Part shown: positions 23,907 to 35,274 of the stretch, in pieces
How positions within the stretch are numbered: position 1 is the stretch's first letter
How the letters are laid out: every line of letters starts with the position of its first letter
NCBI RefSeq assembly: GCF_026571515.1
Contig: NW_026861494.1
Span: forward strand, 248,001 to 312,000
Reading direction: 5' to 3'
Source of the DNA: Ruditapes philippinarum
Taxonomy: Eukaryota
Length of the DNA: 64,000 nt
Made by a program: the position numbers and the translations under genes
The notes under the pieces: model-generated
The model's input: only the letters and a program-made list of their open reading frames with translations
Database searches by the model: none
What the model was told of the DNA's origin: nothing

Positions 23907-26900
23907 CTATTACAGGGAAAAAGAAGCTGGCAGCAATTGCTAATGAAATGGTGAAACATCGTAAAGAAAACCCGCCTGAACACGGTGAAGAGTTGTTACT
24001 GGATTTATTACTGGACTATACAGATGATGAAGAGCTACAAAGTGCTGATGCTCTAGTGTATGTGATTGGAGGCTTTCATACCACTGGAAATTGTACGATG
24101 ATTATTTACGTTAACACTTTGCTTTTTTGCTTGACTATTTAAAAGATAGGGATAAGCTCTTTATTCACCTCTGTGTCGGCATCTCACTTAGGTTAAGTGT
24201 TTGCATGGAAGTTAATATTTACAAAACTACCATTGGGGAATGAGTTAAAACTCCACACATTTGTTCTCTGTGCTTGTCTTACATGATGAGCTTAGGTCCT
24301 GTAAATCTGAGTTTCCTTTTTACAGAGTTATGCCCCTTTTCATACTGTCAAGCACTTAGAATAGTTAAATGCGCTGTCTTATGCACAGCTCTAGTTTTTA
24401 AGAGCTATTTATTCATGGTCAGCTGATAAATATGTAATCTTTTATCTAGGTTCTTCTGCTGTAAGAAACATATGAGAAAATATTGAAATGATTGCCTTAC
24501 CATGATGGTAACAATAATTGTAAGAGGTCAAATACTTCGTTATAAAGCTCTGTTATAAAGCATTCTTTGATATGTAAGATATTTTGTTCTAGGGTGAAAA
24601 AATATTGTTTTTGAGATATTTGCTTATTTAGATTTTATGTTAAAAAATTAAAATCTACAGAAAATGTTCCAGTCCAGATTTTTAGGTTCTAACGCTTTTC
24701 AGATGTTATACTGTTTCTTTGTGTTAAATATTTCAGTGATTTCATGGGCAATATATTTCCTAGCAACACACCCAGACTGTCAGGAAAAGGTTGTCAAGGA
24801 GATAAAGAATGTCCTAGGAGATGATGATGTTGATCATACCAATATGGGAGAGCTAGAGTAAGTTTCACTGAACTGTAAATCAGGTTTTCTGCTTGGATTT
24901 TAACCAACTTTTCATCATATCCATTGGCACATGGATTGTGATTTGACTAGAATTTCCACAGTTATAGCCCTTTGTTTTTCTTACGCATATGTAATAATTG
25001 CAGAAAATATGGTATTGTGACCAGTTTCTTGTCAGTTGTTTTTGTCATGTGTATTGAAGCACAACACTACAGCATAGGACACATAATACCTTTTAGCTCT
25101 AGTTTTGAATAAAAACCATAAGGATTACATAGAGGATATTTGTTTGTTTGTGTGTAAGATGAAATTTTATTTCATCGAGTGGGCTTTAAAAACAGTATTC
25201 TCACGAGTGGCGAAGCCACGAGTGAGAATACTGTTTTTAAAGTTCACGAGATGAAATAAAATTACATCTTACACAACAAACAGACAAATTTTCTTTTTAT
25301 TTTATGCTTAAAAACAAGTTAAAACGAAATTTCCATAATTTTAACGTTAATATTAAAACTGTTTTCCCCATTGAGAGCCCCATTTATTCGGAATTTCTCA
25401 TTAAAAAAAAGAAGTCTTGAGCTGAAAAATAAGTCCGCCAATCAACATTAAATGACGGTGATATTTATTAATTTTATTAAAAAAATATGAATGATCGCTT
25501 GTTTTGATAATAAAAACAAACAATTCTTGTAGGAGAAAAAGTCCAACCATCCATCCATATTTCTGTTACTTAGTGCGAATTTATATTAGACCTGGCTTTG
25601 TAAATTGTAAGCGGCAGCCATTTTTTAAAGTTGTGTATTTCATGGGAGGAAAATAATTGTGTAAGATTCAGAGGGATATAATTTGGATTTGTTAGTCATA
25701 CACATTTTTAAAAGAAAGAAAACTTATTTGAGGATTGTAACAGACAAAAAATAAGTGTTGACAGATGTGAAAACATTCAGAAAAGGAGCTAGGAAAATGG
25801 AAAACTTGGAAACCTGCTCAAGAACGCTGGGTTGATTTAACTTATTCTTCGAGTTATGGCTGTCAATGCTTTCAATTTTTCATAAAGCATACGGCAGTTA
25901 TTGCTCGTAGGATACTTTAATATGCCCAAATGTCATCAAGAGCAGTTTTGCATGGGGAAGGAATGTATTTTTGAGACTGTCAAAATGAAACAAAAAAACG
26001 AAATTTGGTGATTGGAATTTCATGAATTTGAATGAATAGAAGTAAGTTTTCTTCTTTTTATTACTTTTGACATTTAAGTTATTTATCAATTTCAGTTTTG
26101 CTTTTTCTTTAAACAGCCTGACATTGTCAGAATTGTCAGCAAAAATAAAATTGAGGTACCACATGGGGAAAATCTTAAAAAAGTAGTTTCGTCATTGAAA
26201 AGAGTGAAATTATATTTTGATAATTTTCACTGTGAAATTACCAAATATAATTTTCACGGATAAATCAGTAATCCACTGAAAAGCATAAAATAAAAGATGA
26301 TCCTTGTGATTAGCTTATTTTACATATGTCTTTTTTCCATCACTGTTTGCCATAATTGAAACTAGTATTGAAATACATATAACAACAGTTAACATATTTC
26401 ATAAATGAACATGGCTGTTTGTTAGTATAAATTCTCAATGATGAGATTATATTTGGCAGAATTATGGCAATTTTGGTCAGAAAATCTTGGTTTGATGACA
26501 AATTCCTGCTGCTTGTTGCATAATTTGATTTATAATCAGTATTTGATGACATTTCAGATATTTAAGACAAGTGATTGATGAGACTTTAAGATGTGCCGTA
26601 GTTGCTCCTTGGGCTGCAAGATTTCAGGACTTTGATTCAGAACTTGGTGGACATAGAATACCTAAAAATGTAAGGAAATTTTGTAAACTAATGCCAGGGC
26701 TAAATGACAGTGCAATATTTCAAATATATTGAGTCATGACAAAAACACAGAAAGAGCCCTTGAGATTTCAGCTAAGTGCTTGAGTAAAATTTGGAATTAT
26801 GACCACTGAGTCGCTGAACTTATTTTTAGATAGCTTGTATTCCTTTTTTATAACTTTCTATGTTGTTGAATTGCCATTTAAGTTACTATGATATCATATG

Positions 26901-27842
26901 ATACATAACTGAGTTTATTTGCTCAAACTTTTGACTGAGCCCCTTACCTTGTGAATTTAATAGTATTATTGGTATGCTATATTTTGAATAGGGAACAGCT
27001 TTTTGGAAGTTTATGTGATTTCAGTCTCAAAATTATGAAAATGGGCAATCACCAATGTAGAGCTTGGTTAGACTGGACAGATATATACAGGCAGGCCTGG
27101 CTGTATGCAGGCAGCATGCACTTGAAGTTATGGTCACTAGCATTAAAGAGTTTAAGCTACACATGGTATGATTGGTTAATTAGAGTATTAGGAGTTATTC
27201 TAAGATAATGGTTTAAAATTACTTAATTTATCTTATTTTGTTCACCCACATAACATTCAAATTTCAGACCCCTGTGATCCATGCCCTGGGTGTGGCTTCT
27301 AAAGATGAAACTGTGTTTCCTGAGCCAGATAAGTAAGTTCTCAATACCATTCCCACACTTTCCTCAGTCCTTTTAAACTTGTTTCTATAAATATGCATTG
27401 TTTATGAAATAGTGTTTGAAAATTAAAAACTGCATATCTGACATTGTTGTAAATAAGAATTTATAAAAAGTAATAAAAATAAAACCTGACATTATGAATG
27501 TTTAATTCATATGATGACAGAAATAATGTAAATGATTTTATTTTATAACTGTTAACTGCATGAAATTTAATTCCCTAAATTTTTTTCAGATTTGATCCTA
27601 ATAGATTTACACACGAGCACAATCGAGAAAGATCACACTTCTCATTCTCACCATTTGGCTTTGCCGGGAAGCGTATCTGTCCAGGGCAGAAGTTTGCATA
27701 TACTGAAACAACCGTTGCCTTGGTGACCTTGTTGAGGAAGTTCAAGGTCAAAATGGTCGAAGGTCAAATTATAGAACCAGTGCATGGATTGGTTACACAC
27801 CCAAGTGATGAGATTTGGATCACAATTTCCAAAAGGAAATAA
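11249..27842 (+). CDS. CYP20A1: Cytochrome P450 20A1 (about 467 aa, 11 exons)
   Basis: Exons 11249-11320, 14802-14851, 16910-17079, 17843-17988, 20389-20556, 22406-22475, 23916-24092, 24737-24857, 26558-26669, 27268-27332, 27590-27842. All GT-AG, phases consistent, 1404 nt ending in TAA. N-terminus MLAFAIFAVTFVVSLICIVIYLYP and GNLGDIAKAGSLHEFLMDLH are CYP20A1 signatures. I-helix GGFHTT, K-helix ETLR, FDPNRF, heme motif FGFAGKRICPG, C-terminus EIWITISKRK. Confidence 0.95.
11505..11587. mobile_element. 83-bp MITE with 18-bp perfect TIRs and 8-bp TSD (P- or hAT-like)
   Basis: CACAGGCGGCAGTATCAG...CTGATACTGCCGCCTGTG flanked by GCTAACGC on both sides (11497-11504, 11588-11595). Confidence 0.85.
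12686..14468 (-). mobile_element. Helentron/HINE-like element with a dimeric (about 330 bp; A/B subunits about 165 bp) tandem array, one end truncated
   Basis: T-run plus hairpin ATGCCACCGCA...TGCGGTGGCAT, (GT)n/(GTTT)n microsatellite, then alternating subunits marked by TTATAGCCCTGGGGTC and TTTTGCCTCTAGTGTC. Confidence 0.8.
16200..16815. repeat. Degenerate tandem repeat with AAGGTCAAGGTCA/CCTTGAAGG motifs (old satellite-bearing element)
   Basis: About four diverged copies of CTCAAGGTCA...CTTGAAGGTCAAAT...TAAATCCTATAC. Confidence 0.55.
17115..17385 (+). mobile_element. Degenerate tRNA-derived SINE
   Basis: B-box-like GGTTCAAACCC followed by the body TTCTTTCATGTAAGGAAACTATCCAACTAGC...GGTGGTTCTAC; a related copy lies on the minus strand at about 6570-6810. 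Confidence 0.6.
18124..19349 (-). mobile_element. Helentron/HINE-like element with three 170-bp tandem repeats
   Basis: Sub-terminal inverted repeat AGTCCCCTACCGG (left, within a hairpin) and CCGGTAGGGGACT (about 19301). (GTCC/GTCT)n at 18171-18240, monomers at about 18245, 18415 and 18585, end CTTGTT. Confidence 0.85.
19816..19995. mobile_element. Short palindromic MITE (GAG termini, Sola2-like), internally deleted
   Basis: GAGCTGCGTCATGACAAAACCAACATA...TATGTTGGTTTTGTTGTGACGCGGCTC, with an internal hairpin CAGCATGGATCC...GGATCCATGCTG. Confidence 0.75.
20949..21832. mobile_element. Tc1/mariner-pogo-type MITE
   Basis: TA|CAGTGGAGCCTTGCTAATCCG...CGGATAAGACAGGTTCCACTG|TA, with subterminal TAATCCGGAA repeats. 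Confidence 0.8.
22492..23147. mobile_element. TA-flanked MITE just downstream of the CYP20A1 exon 6 donor
   Basis: TA|CTGTATGTGT...ACACATACAG|TA, with subterminal TTCGCG/CGCGAA motifs at both ends. Confidence 0.8.
23858..23906 (+). repeat. (AAT)n microsatellite, about 16 units
   Basis: Direct reading; it ends 9 nt before CYP20A1 exon 7. Confidence 0.95.
25118..26298. mobile_element. Non-autonomous element with a roughly 150-bp terminal hairpin (family uncertain, Crypton-like)
   Basis: Near-perfect palindrome 25138-25290 centred on GTGGCGAAGCCAC. The adjacent TTTTATTTTATGCTT is the reverse complement of AAGCATAAAATAAAA at 26281. Confidence 0.6.
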
Positions 27843-28233
27843 AGGATAAGCTAAGCTTAGCTTGAAAAATAAGATTAACAGTTAGAAAGATAAATGAGTT
27901 ACTATAGTATATGATACTTGAAAACATCCTGTCATGATAAAGTTCAACACAGACAGACCATTTAATGTTACAGTATGTGTTCAGAATTATTCAGTAATTA
28001 TTACAATGATACATTAAACATTGTATATAAGTGATTTTTATTTGATTTACATTTGATTAATTTTGATTATACTTTATAGGAAAGTAATAAGTTTTCAGAA
28101 CAAAATAAATCTGTTATCATCTAGTTCTTCTAAATAGTTGTGCGGTTGTGTACATGTTTGACTGTTAAGTTTGCTTGTGAGATCAGCATTACAAGATATG
28201 CCTGCTTCCTCACTTTCTGTTGTTTTTTTTTAA

Positions 28234-29628
28234 GGTATGGCCATCCTAATAAATTACCTCCACTTTGAAGAGTATTTAAATAGGCTAAAGCTACAGTCAA
28301 CTACATTGAATATTATAGGGTTGTGGGTTCAAATCCCAGAAGGGTCAGCTTTTTTTTTTTCGTTCTTTTTTTTCTTTTAACATTATTTATGTATCTCTCA
28401 TGTCCCTTTTGGGAAGAAGAAAGTGTTTAATATCAATGATTTAATTTAATAGGTATTTATTTGCTAAATAATGCTAAATCTTATAATCAACAACTGATGG
28501 TTAGCAGATATTTTTTTCTTCGTTTTTCATGAAATATGGAATATATTTTCAAGAAACATGATGAAATGCCACACACGAGCCAGGACAGCGAGTAAAAATA
28601 TGTGGCATTTTATCATGTTGATGTGAAAATATATACCATATTTCACGAAAAAAACATAACCTTTTTGTTAAATTTCATTATCAAAGAAAAATACTTACGA
28701 ATCCCCTTGCACAATTGTACAGCACACAGTAATATATTGATGCGTCTTGTTTTGCCTGTATTTGCATGCGCTTTTTGGCACTCAATTGTGGCGTCACATA
28801 AACAACTCTTTTAAACCTCTGTACAGCTAAATGACTGCATTAAAAATATTGGTGTTCGGATTTATTTTTTTAGTTAGAGCTTTTTCTATTATTCTAGATA
28901 GATTTCAAAACAAAATACAACAAAAAAGTTGTTTTTTATTTATCAGATTTCTCAAACAAAATTGCGAAAGAAGTCCCTTAAAGTAAATATGAGTTTTGAC
29001 TCCGCCCACTTTCATATTTATATTTCATATTTATTTTTTACAAATATGAAATATATTTGACTGTTATAGCACCATATTTCATGGGTAAAATTAAATTATA
29101 CCTGATATTTTTGAAATGTAATAAATCAAATAAATCAGCTGCACAGTAAAAGTATTTGATATTTTACAATTTTAACTAAAATACTTTTGAGATAATTTAA
29201 ACAGGCATACATTTTGGTAAATTTCATGCACTTTTTAATTAGGTTCTCAAGGTAGGGAAGAGGTCAAACATGTGTAAAAAATGGGTGGGGTAGGGTAACA
29301 TTTTTATACATACATGCATTTCATAAATTTTGAGTAGAAACAATTATTTTGCTTATGTGGATTGTTAGCTGAATGGTACTTTTTGATTCTTACCAAAAAT
29401 TAAGAAAAGCCTTTTTCATAAGGCCGATATTGTAGATTATTTAAAGGTTCCTTATCTCTAAAAAAGGACCCTTCTAACATCCTAGCCTCAGTTCAGAAAA
29501 GGGGCCATAACTCGATTTTTTGTATGGTAAAGTTTGTTTAAATTTTGCAAACAGATGTCCTTTAAATCTGACCTATGTTATTAATTTTTCAGTTCCTTAA
29601 TTATAGTGCCCATTAGTGTGGTCATACC
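28234..29628. mobile_element. Kolobok-like non-autonomous element downstream of the CYP20A1 stop, containing a nested hairpin element (about 28505-29120)
   Basis: TTAA|GGTATGGCCATCCTAAT...ATTAGTGTGGTCATACC|TTAA (14/17 TIR match). Imperfect long hairpin at about 28515-28655. Confidence 0.6.
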
Positions 29629-31179
29629 TTAAGACACATGTTGCCCTTTTGCTCTGCCTATCCTTACATTTGTCTCTCCTGCTTGATATGTTTTGATTAG
29701 ATTATTTACAATTAGAACAATAAGACATGAAAAGTTAGGCTTTTTAATGTTTTTTTAACTTACAAATAAATAAACCATATTCAAAACATTACAAAATGGT
29801 AGAAGTAAAGTTTTATACTGCAGGAAAAGTTTGTTATAATAGTAAATGTACCCTATTTGCTACTTTCTACAGACATGAATTATGGTAAAGATTGTGTTCA
29901 CATAATATATTGGTGCAAGATTTTATAGTTTACATAATTGTATAAATATTGCTTTGTTATATTAATTGTTTAAGTAGATATTCTAGTCTTTCTGAATAGC
30001 AATTTGGTGATACAGTACACTTTGTAAATATACATATATAATAAAGAAATATAGTGCTTGAAAGAATTGATGTTGACATTTTGTTATGCCCAATGACTAA
30101 AGAATTTACCTTATATAATTTGGTATACATAAAATTTTAATGCTTTTATTGAATAGTTCAATGTTTTATGATATTTAAAAAAGTAACAAATAACTGCATT
30201 CACGCATTAATGATGAATAAAACGTTTGGCAAAGATCTTGTTATATTTCTCGCTGACTTTAAGGCAGATGGTACTGAGCTGACTTCAAGGAAGATGTTAC
30301 TGACAAAATATCATTTTAGTTTACAAATTCAAAGATAGTTAAAATTGACGTAGCGGAACATATAATAGTAAAATTATATAATTTCATTTCATTTATTGGC
30401 AAATCGGCATTATAAATGCCTTTGACCATTTACATACTAAATATGGCCAAGACATACAGTTTACATAAAAGTTACACAAAAACTACACATTTAATCTTTA
30501 AATAATAAATAATCAGCAAATATCAAACATTAAGAAATTTTAAACTCACAAATGAAATAAATCCTACGAATCAATGAAACAGTAACATTTACAAATGTTT
30601 TTGGGGTTTTATGTGCGAAATCACTTATATGTAATGCATTTGTGCATAAATTGTCAAAATTAAATGAGAAAATTGCCCTTGCGTAACTTTGTTGTATGAT
30701 ATATGATTATATGTATATTTGTACATTAGATATTTTCGTGATAAAACGCAATATTATTCACTTCAAAATAAGTTTCGCATATACCAGACCTCGGTTTTAA
30801 ATTGAAGTCGTGATCAGATATGATGTTATTGAAGCATGAAATGTATTTATATGTTTAATCTAAATTCATTGAGCTTTAATAGTAATATATAGGTAGGATA
30901 ATTTCTCCTAAAATATTTATTGCATATTTTCTCATTTTCTCATTTTATCTTCAAGTGCTTTTTTCTACTGCAGCATTTTATTGACATTATGTTGTAAACG
31001 AACAAAAAAAATGTCATATCATCTGAATATTCTGGGACCTTATAACATATTATGTGATTATGAATAGACATAATTGTAATGAAGTTGTTTAAACTTTTTC
31101 CTTGTTTAACCGCTTTAATAGCTTAAAAATTGACAAAAAAAAATCAAAATAATTTCAATATAAATACTGCTGCACGATT

Positions 31180-32460
31180 GTCTTCGAGACTTGCATTTCT
31201 GTCAAGGGAACCCTTCACACTTGTACAAAAACGAATTCGCAACGAAATCAGACGGATGGTGTCGAAGCAGTGGCTGTGGGGGCGATGTGTTTCTATGTAC
31301 AATTACAAAATAAAAGGATGAAACAACGAAAATGGGCCGCGCGAGTTCTCAGGGCGTTCCACTGGGGCTAGGGCTTCGAGATTTGCATTTCTGTCAAGGG
31401 AACCCTTCACACTTGTACAAAAACGAATTCGCAACGAAATCAGACGGATGGTGTCAAAACAGTGGCTGTGGGGGCGATGTGTTTCTATGTACAAGGATAA
31501 AACACCGAAAATGGGCCGCGCGCGCCGAGTTCTCACGGTCGTTCCACTGGGGCTATGGCTTTGAGACTTACATTTCTGTCAAGGGGGGGGGTGGGGGCTT
31601 TACATTTGCACAAAATCACATTTACAACGGTATTAGACGGATGGTGCCGAAGCAGTGACTGTTGGGGCGATGTGTTTTACGTATAATTCCACATTGCTAA
31701 GGATGTAACAACATTAAAGGGCCGCGCGCGCGTAGCTCTCACGGTCGTTCCACTGGAGCTAGGGCTGTGGGGGCTATATGTGTTTTACGTACATTTACAT
31801 GTTAATAGGGACGAATCAACGAAAACAATCTCGCGCGCCGAGCTCTCACGTGCGTTCTATTTCGGCTAGGGCTTCGGGCTTTACATTTTTGTCAAGGGGA
31901 CTCTTTACACTTGTAGCAAATTGCGTTTGCAACGGACTCCGACAGATGGTGTCCAAGATGTGGCAATATTAACATGCAAGTGTACGTAAAAACACATCGC
32001 CCCCACAGCCACTGCTTCGACACCATCCGTCTGATTGCGATACGAACGCGATTTTCTACTAGCGTGAAGGGTCCCCTTGAAAAAAAATGTAAGTCCTGAA
32101 GCCCTACACCCAGTGGAACGACCGTGAGAGCTCGGCGCGCGCGGTCGATTTTCGTTGTTTCGTCCATATTAACATGCAAGTGTACGTAAAAACACATCGC
32201 CCCCACAGCCACTGCTTCGACACCATCCGTCTGATTGCGTACACTTGCATGTTAATATGGACGAAACAACGAAAATGGGCCTTGCGCGAGGAGCTCTTAC
32301 GGTCGTTTTACTAGGCCTAGAGCTTCGAGACTTACAATGCTGTCAAGGGGACCCTTCGCGCTAGTAGAAAATTGCGTTTGCAACGGAATCGGACGGATGG
32401 TGTCGAAGAAGTGGCTGTGGAGGCGATGTGTTTTTACCTACACTTGCATGTTAATATGGA
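31180..32460 (+). repeat. GC-rich satellite array, about 192-bp monomer, with an internal inverted segment
   Basis: GGGAACCCTTCACACTTG...CGGATGGTGTCGAAGCAGTGGCTGTGGGGGCGATGTG repeats at 31206, 31398 and onward; 31966-32240 is in reverse orientation. Confidence 0.9.
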
Positions 32461-32461
32461 C

Positions 32462-33430
32462 AATACATATTAACATAAATTACAAATTACAAGATCGGAT
32501 CTAAACATATTTCTTTCATATCAATATAGAGGATGAATTATAAATATATTAAGTTGTATCTACTTTATCTAAGTTATTTCTATGAGACAACCCATCTCGT
32601 ACATACAAGGGTAAATTTATACTAAAAGTATACTTCTATTGTTTGACTTTAGCATATCAGTGAATTTAAGCATACTAGTTCTTATATAATAGTATCTTTA
32701 TACATATTTTTTCTTATATCAATATGACAAGGACAAATTAAAATGAAATGGTATTCATCTTCGACGTCATGTAGATTACAATATAAACAATATCTATCAT
32801 TTCTAACAATTCTATTTTGTATGAAACCTATCAGTTTGCACATGTAATGAATGCGAAGATATTCTAATTCTTATAAGATACTTCCTTAAAGTACTTGGTA
32901 TTATATTAAGATAATTTTCATATACAAAAGAATCTTTTACATGATTATACAGATACAAAACAGGAGTGCTCTCTTTACCAGAAAGCCAACTTTGTAAAAA
33001 AAACAACAATCAATTACCCTTTGCTTAAAGATTGATAAAAATATTTTGCTATTTACGGAATCTACAAAATCCAAAATATCACTAAAACCATGATTACATA
33101 ATATAATAACAATTGAAGATTTGATATCCAATTTTTCTTACCATTATTACAGTCTTCAAGAGCAATGTTATATACATTTTTAAGAATGATATTATCTGTC
33201 TCAAGTATTATAAACCAAAATCTTAAAATCTTAACATATCTTGAAATATATAAAGGATAACGTGCTAGTTCGCCATACACAGCAACATTACATGAATTAA
33301 CTTTTACATTTAATATCTTTTTACAAAATTTAAGATGAAGTCTTTCAATTACCTTAGATTTAGTAAAACCCCAGATTTCTGCAGCGTGATTTAAAATTGA
33401 ACCAACAAAAGAGTCAAAATGCTGACATAA
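32462..33430 (-). mobile_element. 5'-truncated, frameshifted non-LTR retrotransposon 3' end (RTE-X/L2-CR1 group)
   Basis: Broken frames give VYGELARYPLYI, KYLIRIRISSHSLHVQ and YCLYCNLHDVEDEYHFILICP, typical of the post-RT C-terminal zinc-binding region of LINE ORF2. Confidence 0.8.
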
Positions 33431-33443
33431 CTACGAAAGATCG

Positions 33444-34076
33444 GTGGTGCCATTTCACGTTCACGAATTCATGATTTCAAGATTTTTATATTTCATTACA
33501 TTTAGAGTGATAAATTGAATTTTGAAATCGTGAATTCGTGAATTTATAATTTCACGATTTCTCTTAAAAACCTGAATAAATGAAATAATGAAATCGTGAA
33601 ATCATGAAATCATGAATTAACGAATTCACGATTTCATATTTTAAGTGAAATCGTGATATAATGAAATCGCGAATTCATGAATTCACGATTGCACAATTAC
33701 ACTTAAAAAATGAAATCATGATTTCATGAATTCGTGATTTCATAATTCAATATTTCTCTTTAAAACCTGAATAAATGAAATAATGTAATCGTGAATTCAC
33801 GATTTCATTTTTTAAAGTGAAATCGTGAAATAATAAAATCATGAATTAACGATTACACGATTTCACTTTTAAAAAATGAAATCGTGAATTCATGAATTCA
33901 CGATTTCATTATTTCACGATTTCATTTTTCATTTATTTAGGTGTTTGGAGAAATTATGAAATCGCGAATTCATGAATTCACGATTTAAATCGTGACAGTA
34001 TTCAATATTTCAGTCTAAAAATAATGAATTATTAAAATCTTGTAAACATGAATTCGTGAACGCAAAATGTCACCAC
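33444..34076. mobile_element. Foldback-like MITE built from short AAATCGTGAA/TTCACGATT repeats
   Basis: Imperfect TIRs GTGGTGCCATTTCACGTTCACGAATTCATG...CATGAATTCGTGAACGCAAAATGTCACCAC and dozens of 9-10-bp motifs in both orientations. Confidence 0.75.
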
Positions 34077-34974
34077 ATGATAGTGTTGTAATATTTTCTT
34101 CTGCACGGTTATTTCTTTATATATCTAGTTCTACAGACGGCGGATGTGGGCCCGGTCTAACGTGAAAAAGGGCCATGCGAAACGTACATTGTTGAGTATC
34201 AATGCCAATCACTCTTTTATTTATTTTTAAGTTAAGTAATCTTTTATGAAATTATATGAATATGAATACATGTATTATGAAATAATATGAATTATTATTA
34301 AAATACTTTCTCGACATTTGTTTCTCTGTCACCGTAGACGAAATTAACACACTTTGGTAACCAAAAGAATTATAAAATAGTTTCGTCACGTTTTAGTAAG
34401 CTATTGAAAACTGTGCGTGAAACTTACTATTTTGTTTTCGTGCGACTTACTATCCAGAAATTGTTCGTTTTACTTACTATACACTTGCAAAAAACATTTG
34501 TAGGCTACAGACCTTCGAGGACTTCTACGATAACATATGTCAATAAAATGATTGATTTGGTGTCTTAAGTGCAGAAAAAAGCTTATTTTCATTTATTTTG
34601 GTACCAAATTATACCGCTTCGTGTGGATTACTATCGCTGAATGTGCAATTTTCACACAATTCAAACAATGTTCTCAAAAACCACAAAACGTAGGATAATG
34701 CATTTAGTATTGTCATTTGAAGAAAAGTGGAAAAGATAAGAACTAACAGGGGCCTTTTCTTTTCCAGTTACTTTTATCATTTTAATAAACAATTTTAACA
34801 GTCCAGCCATGATAGAGACAAAACTGGTGTTATATTGCATTTACAAAAATTATTTAAGCAATGAGAATAACAAAAGGATATCACAGCATGCGAATCTTTT
34901 TGTAATATTTCCAGATAATTGGCTTTTTCAGAAATGTATATTCCTGATTTCTCTATAATAAATTCTAGTATTTA

Positions 34975-35274
34975 CAACGTGTTTGTTTATAATGTCATGT
35001 GACTGGCTTGTCGTTACAGAGTGGTGTTGGCTTCAATCCGGATAACGGCAGTAAGCCACATTGATTACCAAAGCAAAGTTCAGCCATCGCTCAGGCAGGC
35101 TCTCAAGCAGTTTACCAGTACTAGTGACCTACAATTCCGCAAAGAACTGATAACTTAATTATGTACATACCAGAGCAGAGGTACGTAAGGACGTGCACCA
35201 TCCGGGAATCGAACCCGTGTCACCCGTGTCACCCGGTTCACAGTCCAAAGCTCTACCTATCGAGCTAACCAGGC
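34975..35274 (-). mobile_element. tRNA-derived SINE (tRNA-His-like head at 35274-35196)
   Basis: Minus strand GCCTGGTTAGCTCGATAGGTAGAGC (A box)...CTGTGAA...GGTTCGATTCCCGG (B box), followed by AAGTTATCAGTT...TAGTACTGGT core-like sequence and an AAAC tail. Confidence 0.65.

Noticed and set aside
30380-30860. Possible additional LINE 3' remnant on the minus strand
   Set aside because: Too degenerate to translate into convincing motifs by eye.
31130-32460. Repeat array as a possible CRISPR, retrozyme or coding repeat
   Set aside because: Whole monomers repeat with no unique spacers, there are no cas genes, the context is eukaryotic, and I found no CTGANGA...GAAA hammerhead core. The ORFs are short and frame-inconsistent.
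35196-35274. Functional tRNA-His gene
   Set aside because: The acceptor and anticodon stems pair poorly, there is a 9-bp duplication, and a SINE-like body follows.
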